Shown here piece by piece: positions 51,726-60,663 of a stretch of 64,000 nucleotides of DNA. Position 1 is the first letter of the stretch. Each line of letters opens with the position of its first letter. The translations under genes were made by a program, and so were the position numbers. Origin of the DNA: Hyalangium minutum. GTDB lineage: Bacteria; Myxococcota; Myxococcia; Myxococcales; Myxococcaceae. The stretch lies in the NCBI RefSeq assembly GCF_000737315.1, contig NZ_JMCB01000023.1:165169-229168 (forward strand). Direction: 5' to 3'. The notes under the pieces are model-generated. The model worked only from the letters and a program-made list of their open reading frames with translations. It did no database searches and was not told the origin of the DNA.

Positions 51726-51811
51726 AGAGCACCCATCCGCGGGTTGACGGGGGCCCAGACGTGACGATAGGCCAAGACCGTCTCACTGCTTCTCGAAAGG
51801 CCTCCGCTCCC

Positions 51812-52465
51812 ATGCGCCTCACTGCCGCTCTCCTCACTCTCGTCGCCAGCTCTGCCCTCGCGCAGAGCACTCCTCCCGCGCCGGCCAAGGCCGCGGATGC
51901 CAAGCCCGCCGAGGGCAAACCCGGTGAGAACTCCACCCTCACCGTGCGCTGCTCGGATGACTGCAGCGTGCGCGTGGACGGCAAGGCCGGTCTGCGCAAG
52001 GCGTCGAACATCTGGGAGTTCAAGGACGTGCCCTCGGGGCAGCGGCGCATCGAGGCCACCGGCGGCTTCCTCAACCGCCCCTTCTACAACGGCTACGCGG
52101 AGATCCCCGGTGGCATGCAGGTCACCGCTCAGGTCGACAGCAACAAGCGCCTGACCATCACCGACCGCGTCCCGCTCGGCGAGCAGAAGGTGGAGAAGGC
52201 CGCCACTGGCGGGGCTTCCACGCTCACCATCCGCTGCACCAAGAACTGCACCATCTCCATCGATGGCGTTCGCAAGGGCGCCAATCAGGCCCAGCTCGTC
52301 TCCATCCGCGACGTCCCCCCGGGGGATCACGACGTCGAAGCGAAGTTCGTGCTCGGCACCAAGCAGGTGCGGTCCAAGCTCACCATCCCCGCGGACAGCG
52401 AGGTGTTCATCACCGCCACCGAGAGCGGCCTCAACATCACCAACACCAAGGCCCTGGGCAAGTAA
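51812..52465 (+). CDS. Exported protein with two internal PEGA-like repeats
   Basis: Signal peptide MRLTAALLTLVASSALA; duplicated STLT(V/I)RC...C.(V/I).(V/I)DG modules. Confidence 0.7.
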   Translation: MRLTAALLTLVASSALAQSTPPAPAKAADAKPAEGKPGENSTLTVRCSDDCSVRVDGKAGLRKASNIWEFKDVPSGQRRIEATGGFLNRPFYNGYAEIPGGMQVTAQVDSNKRLTITDRVPLGEQKVEKAATGGASTLTIRCTKNCTISIDGVRKGANQAQLVSIRDVPPGDHDVEAKFVLGTKQVRSKLTIPADSEVFITATESGLNITNTKALGK

Positions 52466-52489
52466 CCCTCAGCGGCCCTCCCAGGGAGC

Positions 52490-54799
52490 TCAGCCGCGGC
52501 ACAGCTCCCCGAGGATGCGCACGGCCTCGCGCGCCGCATCCGCCGGCTTCACGCTCGTGTCCGAGATGCCCGCGATGACCCGCGTGATGTCGTGATCCAC
52601 CGGCCGCCCCTGGCCGCCCCACACCCGGCCCGGGGGCGCCGTGAGGTACGCGGAGAAGCTGTGGTGCCCTGACCCGGGCCGCTCGCCCACCACATGGACG
52701 AGCGCCCGAGGCAGCCCATCCGCGCCATCCCCGAAGAGCAGCTCCCCCACCTGGTAGCCCGCGCGCACCCGCCCGGACTGAATCACCAGGTGCTCGGGCG
52801 CCACGCGGTAGTTCGCCGCCTCCAGCTCGCGGCGCAGCGCCTCCAGGAACGGCGCCAGGTGCCCCGGATCCATCAGCGAGCGCGGATCCAGCCCGTCCGA
52901 GAGCACGATCTGCACATCGCACCGCTCACTCCGCCGCGCCCGGAGCGCCTCCACCTTGCTCACGGACTCCGCATCCAGCTTCTCGCCCGACACGGGGTGC
53001 AGGATGTAGTCGCGCCGATCCGCCGCCTGGGTGCGCAAGAGCACCGCCTGGGGAATCGCCTCGATGAAGGACGGCGTCAGCTCCGTCCAGATGCCCCGCT
53101 TGGCGTCCTCGTAGTGGCCGTGGAGCTCGCGATCCAGCTTCGACTCCAGCTCCCACGTGTGCTCACCGTAGCCCACCGCGAGCGGCACGCTGCGCGCCCT
53201 CACCCGGGCCATCTGCTCCTCGGCCTCGGCCAGCAGCGCCACCTCCGAGCGCGTGTCTCCCTTGCGCTTGCGGTACTCCACATAGACCCAGCGCGGATCG
53301 CCGAAGCGCGCCGTGGGCCGCCCCTCTGCGTCAATCACTCCGAGCTGCTGGAAGAACGCCCACATCCGGTCATCGACCTTCGTGCCGAACTTCTCCCGCA
53401 GCCGCACGTGATCCTGGAACGCCGTGGTCAGGTAGCTGAGCATCGGATCGTTCCGCGTCGGCAGCGCCATCAGGTAGCCCGGGCACGCCGGAGCGATCTG
53501 CTCCTGGCACCAGCCCAGGTCATCCAGCGTCACGTCCATGTGCAGCGTGGAGCAGATATCCAGGCCGATCATCAGCCCGTGCAGTTTGCCCATGACGATG
53601 TCCTCGAGGCAGCAGCGCACCAGCTGCTCCCGCGAGCGGAACACCTCCGGGCCGATGAAGCCCGCCACATCGTTCACGTGCACCCAGGGCGCCGCCTCGC
53701 GCCCCGCGCCCACCTGCGCCAGCGCCACGCGCCGCTTCAGCGCCCGCGAGAAGCCGTACTTGCGCGACTCCAGCAGCACCATGTCGCAGCCGCCGGACTG
53801 GCCGTTCGTCGCGTCCGCGCCCTGCCCCGTCTCGAAGTAGAGCCCGAACTTGCCCGTGCGCCGCGCCGCATGCTCCAGCATCTTCTCCAGCGTTACGTCA
53901 AAGGTCCGATTGGCCGTCTCGTTGCCCGCGATGCTCTGGAACCAGATCCCCGTCGTGCCCGGCTGCAGCTCCTCCACCCTCGCCTGAATGTCGATGTGCG
54001 AGAGCACGCAGTTGGGCATCACATCCTGCAGCCCGAACGTCACGAGCACGTCGTGCAGCGCGGCCTCCACCGCGGCCACGGACTCGGGCGCCGAGGACAC
54101 CGGGTTGGTGCCCAGCACCACGTCCCCCACCGCGAAGGACCAGCCGTTGAACACCTGCCAGCGGATGTCCTCCGGGTGATCCGTGGGCGAGTTCGGCTGG
54201 ATGCGCGCCCCCAGGTAGCCCCGGGAGCCCAGCTTGCTGCCCGGCAACGGGTGGAAGACCTTGGCACCCACCGCCGTGAGCTCCGCGTCGCTCATCAGCT
54301 TGACCACGCAGGCAATCGCATCGCTGCTCAGGCCCCGGCAGACGTCCTTGATCGCCTCCTCGCTCGCCGACAGCAGGAAGGCCTTGAGCCGCCCCACCGT
54401 CCAATCCGCCGTGGCCGCACGGGCGTCGTCCTGGAGGGCCTCCAGCATGAAGGCGTAGAGCCGATCCTCCAGCGGCGGGTGCTCGTGGAGCGCCCCCAGG
54501 CGGGTGTTCGACAGCAACGCACGCGCGTTGACGCGGGAGACCTCGTCCGCCGCCGCCACGCCGATGGCCTCGTCCCCCTCCTTATAAGGATTCGCCGCTC
54601 CAATGAGCTGCTGGTACCGCGTGAGCTCGAAGCCCCCGTGGACACGCCGGAGGTAGCCGAACACGTCCTCCCCGGGGCGTACCTCCGGGATGAGGACGCC
54701 GCGAGGCAACACCTGGGGCGAGGCCTCCAGGGGCTGGGCGGCCTCGCCGGAGGCCAGAGATGGGGAGGACAAGTCGGTCGCGTGCTGTGCCTGAGTCAT
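52490..54799 (-). CDS. eutBC: Fused ethanolamine ammonia-lyase large and small subunit (EutB-EutC)
   Basis: EutB motifs RIQPN, GTNP, FETGQG, GFIGPE, LED..MGKL.G..G.DIC, MLSY; then EutC motifs DYILHP..G, DVQIVLSDGL, GRVR, GERPG, S.YLT, all in one open frame. Confidence 0.9.
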   Translation of the reverse strand: MTQAQHATDLSSPSLASGEAAQPLEASPQVLPRGVLIPEVRPGEDVFGYLRRVHGGFELTRYQQLIGAANPYKEGDEAIGVAAADEVSRVNARALLSNTRLGALHEHPPLEDRLYAFMLEALQDDARAATADWTVGRLKAFLLSASEEAIKDVCRGLSSDAIACVVKLMSDAELTAVGAKVFHPLPGSKLGSRGYLGARIQPNSPTDHPEDIRWQVFNGWSFAVGDVVLGTNPVSSAPESVAAVEAALHDVLVTFGLQDVMPNCVLSHIDIQARVEELQPGTTGIWFQSIAGNETANRTFDVTLEKMLEHAARRTGKFGLYFETGQGADATNGQSGGCDMVLLESRKYGFSRALKRRVALAQVGAGREAAPWVHVNDVAGFIGPEVFRSREQLVRCCLEDIVMGKLHGLMIGLDICSTLHMDVTLDDLGWCQEQIAPACPGYLMALPTRNDPMLSYLTTAFQDHVRLREKFGTKVDDRMWAFFQQLGVIDAEGRPTARFGDPRWVYVEYRKRKGDTRSEVALLAEAEEQMARVRARSVPLAVGYGEHTWELESKLDRELHGHYEDAKRGIWTELTPSFIEAIPQAVLLRTQAADRRDYILHPVSGEKLDAESVSKVEALRARRSERCDVQIVLSDGLDPRSLMDPGHLAPFLEALRRELEAANYRVAPEHLVIQSGRVRAGYQVGELLFGDGADGLPRALVHVVGERPGSGHHSFSAYLTAPPGRVWGGQGRPVDHDITRVIAGISDTSVKPADAAREAVRILGELCRG

Positions 54800-54914
54800 A
54801 GGACCCCCTCTCAACCGCTGGATTCCGGCAGGTTAATGAGAGGTTTCGCACGCCGCTACGCCTGCCAGCCCCCCAACCCGGGGGAGAAGGGCCCGCAAGT
54901 CGAGAAATTCACGT

Positions 54915-56069
54915 TCACATCATCCCGGACCAGGGTCCCGGAGGGCCTCCGAACTCCCCGCCCACCACCCGAGGCTTGCTGGGAGGTGAGGGAGCAAGCG
55001 AGGGCTGACGCTCGGCGGGCGAGCGGAAGTACACGACGCGGGGCAGCTTGGGGCCCGGGTGCAGCGCCACCGAGGGAGGCTCGGGGCGCAGCAAACACCG
55101 AGGCACCACCTCCTGCCCCACTTCGTCCTTCGCACAGTCGAACACCCGCTTCGCCCACAGCGAGCGGGCCCCCGCGGACACCGCCACCATCAGCTCCGCG
55201 CACAGGGACTCGCCACTGTAGGGCCGGGCCTCGGGCAGCTTGCTCATCAGCCGGAGGATGATGGCCCCCAGCGGCTTGGGCACGCGCGGGTTCACCTCCC
55301 AGGGCGGCACCGGCGCCCGCAGCTCGATGGCCGTGTGGAGCTGCTCGGAGGCCAAGCTCGGCGAGAACGGCGGGTGTCCCGTCGCCAGCCAGTAGGCCAG
55401 CGCGCCCAGCGAGTACAGATCATCCGTGATCAGGTAGCGGTAGCTGGCGTGCGTGCGGCCCACGTTCGAGCGCAAGAAGCGCAACGCCTCGGGGCTGCGG
55501 AACACCTGGAGCTCCGGAGACAGCGGCGTCGCCAGCAGCGAGTCCAACGCTTCGTTGCCCCCGTCGCGAAGATCCAGCAGCACCGGCTCCGAGTCGCTCT
55601 CGCGCACCTGGATGTTGTTCGGGTGCAGGTCCCGGTGCCACGTGTCGCGCGCGTGCATGGAGTCGAGCAGCGCGCCCAGGCGGCTCAGGAGCGCGGCGAT
55701 CTGCAGGAACGTGGGGTTGACCGCCTCCACCCAAGCGGGCAGCGACAGGCCGCGCACGTCCTCTCGGACGCTGTAGAAGAAGCCGCCGCCGGGCTGGGTC
55801 CAGCGTCCATGCGCGTGGAGCCTTGCCAGGTTCGGGTGCGCCGCATGCAGCCGCGCCACGCGATCCTCGAAGCAGCCCTCACCCGGCCGGAGCGAGATCT
55901 TCATCACCAGCGGCTCGGCCGGGCGCCGCACGTCTTCCACGCGGAAGAGCGCGCCATGGCCTCGCTGCCCCAGGCACTCGAGGATGCGCCAGTGATTCAC
56001 TTGCGTTCCGGGAGTCAACACATCTGGACGCATCGGGGGGGCCACCATGTCCATCGTCGAGGACTCCAA
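54915..56069 (-). CDS. Ser/Thr kinase-like protein with degenerate motifs
   Basis: LTPGTQVNHWRI, GQRGHG, VMK, HRDLHPNN, FRSPE, DDLYSLG; DFG is replaced by DLR. Confidence 0.8.
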   Translation of the reverse strand: MESSTMDMVAPPMRPDVLTPGTQVNHWRILECLGQRGHGALFRVEDVRRPAEPLVMKISLRPGEGCFEDRVARLHAAHPNLARLHAHGRWTQPGGGFFYSVREDVRGLSLPAWVEAVNPTFLQIAALLSRLGALLDSMHARDTWHRDLHPNNIQVRESDSEPVLLDLRDGGNEALDSLLATPLSPELQVFRSPEALRFLRSNVGRTHASYRYLITDDLYSLGALAYWLATGHPPFSPSLASEQLHTAIELRAPVPPWEVNPRVPKPLGAIILRLMSKLPEARPYSGESLCAELMVAVSAGARSLWAKRVFDCAKDEVGQEVVPRCLLRPEPPSVALHPGPKLPRVVYFRSPAERQPSLAPSPPSKPRVVGGEFGGPPGPWSGMM

Positions 56070-56242
56070 TTCAACGCTTGGGCATGTATCGTAGCAGACC
56101 TACCAGGTCGACCCAAAGCCATCTGCTCTATCGGGGCAGATGACTGGATTGCGTCACTCGGGGCCGCCTGTGTGCTCAATGGGTTACATCCACTCCTCCG
56201 AGTGTTCAACCCCGTGAACCCCGGCTTCACCGCAGAGCATTT

Positions 56243-56345
56243 CGAGACTGAAAAAACGGACCCGACATGACGTCTCGTTTTTCAATTCTGAAAGACAAAG
56301 ATTGCAAACTTGAAACGAGACAGTTCATTTTTTGTCTCGCTTTCC
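56243..56345. promoter_or_regulatory. AT-rich segment with repeated CGAGAC/GTCTCG inverted half-sites
   Basis: CGAGAC at 56243 and 56316; GTCTCG at 56272 and 56334; A/T-run spacers. Confidence 0.5.
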
Positions 56346-56414
56346 GCGAAAGCTCTAATCACGGGCAGGCCTGGGAAAGGCGGTCTGTCTCCATTTGCGC
56401 TGAACTGCCCGCCC

Positions 56415-57338
56415 TCAGCCTCCGTGCTGAGAGCCGAGGCGCAGCAGCTCGATGGAGCGCGCCAGGAGCGGGGCCACGGACACCACCTCGACCTGGAAGG
56501 GAGGCCGCATGGGCAAGGGCAAGCTGTCCGTGGTGAGCAGCCGGCGCAACGGCAGCCGCTGGAGCCTGTCGATGGCCGGGCCCACCAGCAGCGCATGGGT
56601 GGCCACCACCGTTACCTCCGGCGCGCAGCCCGCCTCCAGCAGGGCGTTCACCGCCGCCTCAACGGTGCCGGCAGTGGAGATCATGTCGTCCACGACGATG
56701 GGCGTGCAGCCCTCCACGTCGCCGGTGATGCGACGGGCCTGCACCTGGGAGCCGCTCGTGCGGTGCTTGTGGACCACGGCCACCGGGAGCTTCAGCTGCG
56801 CGGCATAGCGCTCCGCGCGCTTCACGGCCCCCAGGTCAGGCGAGACGACGACCGAGCTGGGCGTGGCCGTGCGCTGCAGGTGGTCCGCCAGCAGCGGCAT
56901 GGCGCTCAGGTGCTCCACGGGGATGTTGAAGCAGCCCTCCACGGCGGGGCTGTGCAGATCCATGGCCACCAGCCGGTCCACACCCGCGACCCGGAGCATG
57001 TCCGCGACGAGCCGGGCGCCCAGTGGCTCGCGTCCCGTCTCCCGGCGATCGTGCCGGGCGTAGGCCAGATAGGGCACGACCGCCGTCACCCGCGCAGCGC
57101 CCCGGCGGCGGCACGCATCCACCATCAGGAGCAACTCCATGAGGTGCGAATCCACCGGCGGCCCCAGCGTCTGGAGCAGGTAGACGTCACAGCCCCGAAC
57201 CTCCTCGACGACCTCGACGTGGTGCTCCCCATCGGGGAAGCGATCCACGATGCACCGCCCCTGCTCGAGGTTGAGCACCTTCGCGATGGCCGCTCCCAAC
57301 GCGGGGTGAGACGAGCCGGATATCAGGACGACGCGCAT
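56415..57338 (-). CDS. prs: Ribose-phosphate pyrophosphokinase
   Basis: FPDGE, PYLAYAR.DR, DLH, SPDLGAVKRA, VDDMISTAGT. Confidence 0.92.
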   Translation of the reverse strand: MRVVLISGSSHPALGAAIAKVLNLEQGRCIVDRFPDGEHHVEVVEEVRGCDVYLLQTLGPPVDSHLMELLLMVDACRRRGAARVTAVVPYLAYARHDRRETGREPLGARLVADMLRVAGVDRLVAMDLHSPAVEGCFNIPVEHLSAMPLLADHLQRTATPSSVVVSPDLGAVKRAERYAAQLKLPVAVVHKHRTSGSQVQARRITGDVEGCTPIVVDDMISTAGTVEAAVNALLEAGCAPEVTVVATHALLVGPAIDRLQRLPLRRLLTTDSLPLPMRPPFQVEVVSVAPLLARSIELLRLGSQHGG

Positions 57339-57409
57339 GGAAGCTCCCGGTGCAAAACGGTATGCCGGGATTGTGCCGCCCTTGCCCGCCTCGATCACCT
57401 TTCAGGTGC

Positions 57410-58312
57410 TCAAGGCTTGCTGCTGGGCATCCCACCATCCGGAGGAGGGCCACTGGGGACACCGCCATCGGTGGCACCGGCCGCCGCCATGGGAGCCCGG
57501 CGCAGCGTCTCGATGTCCGACAGGAGGGTGCTCACCAGGGTCTCCACCACGCGCTGGCCCTTGGCGCGGGTGGCCAGCGTCGCATCGCCGAACACGCCGC
57601 TGGCCGAGTAGACGCCCGCATCCTTGGGAGTGCGCGTCAGGGGCCCCTTGCCTGGGTGGTAGTCCTTGACGGCCTTGGACATGTCCACCGTCTTCGGGGC
57701 GATGTAGAGCATGATCGAGGTCTCGATCTCATCGGCGTGCGTGCCGCCCTCCTGCCGCGCCACCTCCTTCTCCACCGCGGCGGTGGCCTGCAGCAGGTGG
57801 GTGTAGTGCAGGAGGATGCCGTCGGCCGCGAGCAGCTCCGCCGCGGGCTGGAGGGCCCTCAGCGTGGAGACGCCGGTGTTGAGCACATAGAAGCGGCGAG
57901 GCCCGAACCGAGCGAGTCCCCGGCAGATGTCGACGATCATGTCCCGCGCCGTCTCCAGGCGAAGGGACGTCGAGCCCGGGTACTCCACGAAGGCGGGGTA
58001 GAACGAATAGTTGACCGTCGGGGCGATCACGACGTTGGCATCCTGGAGCACGCGCTGCTTGAGGTACTCCGCCATGTTCCAGTCGTTGGCGAGCGGCAGG
58101 TGCGGACCATGCTCCTTGGCCTGAGCGCCCAGCGGGATGACGACGACTGTGTCCGGCGTGAGCAGCTTCTCGGCCTGCTGCCAGGTGAGCTGCTCCAGAA
58201 GCACGCCCCGAGGCCCGGCTGGGCGCGCCCCCGAGGGGACCGCCGCGAGCACCAGGAACACGAGCCAGGGTCCACACGCCGCCAGCAAGGACAACCGTTG
58301 AAGTTTCGTCAC
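57410..58312 (-). CDS. Creatininase/amidohydrolase family protein
   Basis: LTW, IPLGA..EHGPHLP..D, GGTHADEIETS; hydrophobic N-terminus; start uncertain. Confidence 0.85.
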   Translation of the reverse strand: MTKLQRLSLLAACGPWLVFLVLAAVPSGARPAGPRGVLLEQLTWQQAEKLLTPDTVVVIPLGAQAKEHGPHLPLANDWNMAEYLKQRVLQDANVVIAPTVNYSFYPAFVEYPGSTSLRLETARDMIVDICRGLARFGPRRFYVLNTGVSTLRALQPAAELLAADGILLHYTHLLQATAAVEKEVARQEGGTHADEIETSIMLYIAPKTVDMSKAVKDYHPGKGPLTRTPKDAGVYSASGVFGDATLATRAKGQRVVETLVSTLLSDIETLRRAPMAAAGATDGGVPSGPPPDGGMPSSKP

Positions 58313-58440
58313 AGTCTCTTTCTTACCATCGCACGCCAATGTTGTGCCCATACGGGCCAGCCTTCGGAAGTCGTCGCCTCCTCCTCGAAACGGAAGCGCT
58401 TGGGCTAGGGTTCGGCCCGCTCGTTTTCGTGGAGGGGAAC

Positions 58441-60639
58441 ATGCAGCAACGCCTGCCAGCGCTGTCTCTCGCGTCATTCGTCCTCATCGGGCTGTGGGCC
58501 ACGGCCTGCGGTGACGATCAAGATTCCAACAACCAGATCCCGGTCCTGACGGGCCCGTTCGTACAGACCGCGGATGTGACGTCGGGCACCGCGGTGGAGC
58601 TGTCCCTGGAGGCCACGGATGCGGACGGGGACTCCCTCACCTATGAATGGGTGCAGACGCCCGCCTCGCCCGCTGGCGCCTTCAGCGACGCCACCCTCCC
58701 CGACCCCACCTGGACGGCCCCGGACGTCACCGAGGCCACGTCCTTCCAGCTCGGCGTCGCCGTCTCGGATGGCAAGGGCGGCACCGCGCGGCGCTCCGTC
58801 ACGGTGCTGGTACGGCCTCGCCCCCCCGAGAACCGCGCACCCGTCGTGACCACGGGTACCCCCAGTGCCACCCCCACCTCCGTGACGGGCTCCGTGCCCG
58901 TCCAGCTCTCCCTCTCCGCGACGGATCCCGACGGTGACGCCCTCACCTACTCGTGGTCTCAGGAGCCCGCCACGCCCGTGGGCTCTTTCAGCAATCTCTT
59001 CGTGTCCAGCCCCTCCTGGATCTCTCCCGTGGTCACCACCCCCACCACGTTCACGCTCCAGGTGACGATCTCGGATGACCGGGGCGGCTCCACGCAGGCC
59101 CAGGTCGAAGTGGCCGTGGCGCCTCCCTCCGCCAACAACCGGGCGCCCACCCTGACCGCGGGCCCCACCTCGTCCGCCACGACCATCAACGCGCAGCAAT
59201 CCGTCAACCTGTCCGTCACCGCCTCGGACCCGGATGGAGACGCGCTCACCTACACCTGGTCTCAGACGCCCTCGAGCCCGGCTGGCGCCTTCAGCAGCAC
59301 CTCCGTGGCGAATCCCTCGTGGACGGCGCCGGCGGTGACCGCGAACACGAACTTCCAGCTCCGTGTCACCGTCACGGACAGCCGAGGCGGATCGGTCAGC
59401 GGCACAGTGCAGGTGACCGTGCGCGCCCCCGTGAACCGCTCCCCCACGATCTCGCAGGAAGCCCGGGCCAACCCCTCCTCCGTGTCGGGCTCCAGTCCGG
59501 TGCAGCTCTCGGTCGGAGCCTCGGATCCAGACGGAGACACGCTCACTTATGCATGGACGCAGACCCCCGCCAGCCCGGCAGGCACCTTCGCCAACGCCTC
59601 CTCGGCCAACCCCACCTGGACCACTCCCACGGTCACCACCTCCACGACGTTCACGCTGCAGGTGAACGTCACGGACGGCCGAGGCGGCTCCGTCCAGAGC
59701 CAGGTGGACGTCAGCGTGGCGCCGGCCCCTTCCCAGAACAACCCGCCCACGCTGACCGCTGGGCCCTCGGCATCCCTCACCACCATCAATGAGCAGGAGA
59801 CCGTCAACCTCTCCGTCACGGCCTCCGATCCGGACGGGGATCCGCTCACCTATGCGTGGAGCCAGACGTCCCCAACCTCACCCGTGGGGACCTTCAGCAG
59901 CACCAGCTCGGCTACCCCCACCTGGACAGCACCGGACGTCACCGCCAGTGGGATGTATACGCTGACCGTCATCGTCTCAGATGGGCGGGGCGGCAGCGTG
60001 GCGGGCTTCGTCGAAATCACCGTCCAGAAGGTGAACCAGGCCCCAAACGTGGCCGCCAACATCTCCGGCCCGAGCACGCTCCTGGCGGGCAGCGCGGGCA
60101 CCTTCTCCATCTCCGCGACCGATCCGGATGGAGATCCCCTCACCTACTCGTGGGAGCAGACGGAACCGGCCACGCAGGGCACGTTCGTGGGCAGCCGCAC
60201 CGCCTCGAGCGCGCAGTGGTACTCGCCCGTGGTGAGCAGCCAGACCTCGTTCACCCTGTCCGTCAGCGTTACCGATGGCCAGAGCACCGTAGTCCGCACC
60301 CTCACCCTCCCCGTCACGGTGCCCAACTACAGCACCGACGTGAGAGGGGTGTGGACGCTCGGCAACTGCACCGGCTGCCATGGCAGCTCGGGCGGGCTCA
60401 GCCTCAGCCCAGCCTCCGGGGCCAACCTGATCAACGTGGCGGCCAATGCGTCGTGCAGCCCGGCGGCCCTCACGCGCGTCGTGCCTGGGGATCCGGACAA
60501 CTCGGTGCTCATCCGTAAGATGGAAGGCACCACCTGCGGTACCCGCATGCCCCAGGGCAACCCCAACTACTTCATCAACAACCCGGGCCTGGTGGTCCGC
60601 GTCCGCTCGTGGATCCTCGCGGGCGCCCAGGACAACTGA
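58441..60639 (+). CDS. Lipoprotein with six Ig-like (PKD/REJ-type) repeats and a C-terminal c-type haem domain
   Basis: Lipobox ATAC; six repeats N..P...A.D.DGD.LTY.W.Q.P....G.F....P.W..P; C-terminal CTGCH..VVPGDPDNS.L..RMP..WI..GA. Confidence 0.85.
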   Translation: MQQRLPALSLASFVLIGLWATACGDDQDSNNQIPVLTGPFVQTADVTSGTAVELSLEATDADGDSLTYEWVQTPASPAGAFSDATLPDPTWTAPDVTEATSFQLGVAVSDGKGGTARRSVTVLVRPRPPENRAPVVTTGTPSATPTSVTGSVPVQLSLSATDPDGDALTYSWSQEPATPVGSFSNLFVSSPSWISPVVTTPTTFTLQVTISDDRGGSTQAQVEVAVAPPSANNRAPTLTAGPTSSATTINAQQSVNLSVTASDPDGDALTYTWSQTPSSPAGAFSSTSVANPSWTAPAVTANTNFQLRVTVTDSRGGSVSGTVQVTVRAPVNRSPTISQEARANPSSVSGSSPVQLSVGASDPDGDTLTYAWTQTPASPAGTFANASSANPTWTTPTVTTSTTFTLQVNVTDGRGGSVQSQVDVSVAPAPSQNNPPTLTAGPSASLTTINEQETVNLSVTASDPDGDPLTYAWSQTSPTSPVGTFSSTSSATPTWTAPDVTASGMYTLTVIVSDGRGGSVAGFVEITVQKVNQAPNVAANISGPSTLLAGSAGTFSISATDPDGDPLTYSWEQTEPATQGTFVGSRTASSAQWYSPVVSSQTSFTLSVSVTDGQSTVVRTLTLPVTVPNYSTDVRGVWTLGNCTGCHGSSGGLSLSPASGANLINVAANASCSPAALTRVVPGDPDNSVLIRKMEGTTCGTRMPQGNPNYFINNPGLVVRVRSWILAGAQDN

Positions 60640-60663
60640 CCCTGCCCCCGCGCGCAGCCCGCC

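Noticed and set aside
49959-54799. pssA and eutBC as a linked phosphatidylethanolamine/ethanolamine module
   Set aside because: They are separated by two oppositely oriented unrelated genes; proximity alone is not evidence.
52694-55261. 855-aa plus-strand ORF
   Set aside because: Antisense shadow of eutBC.
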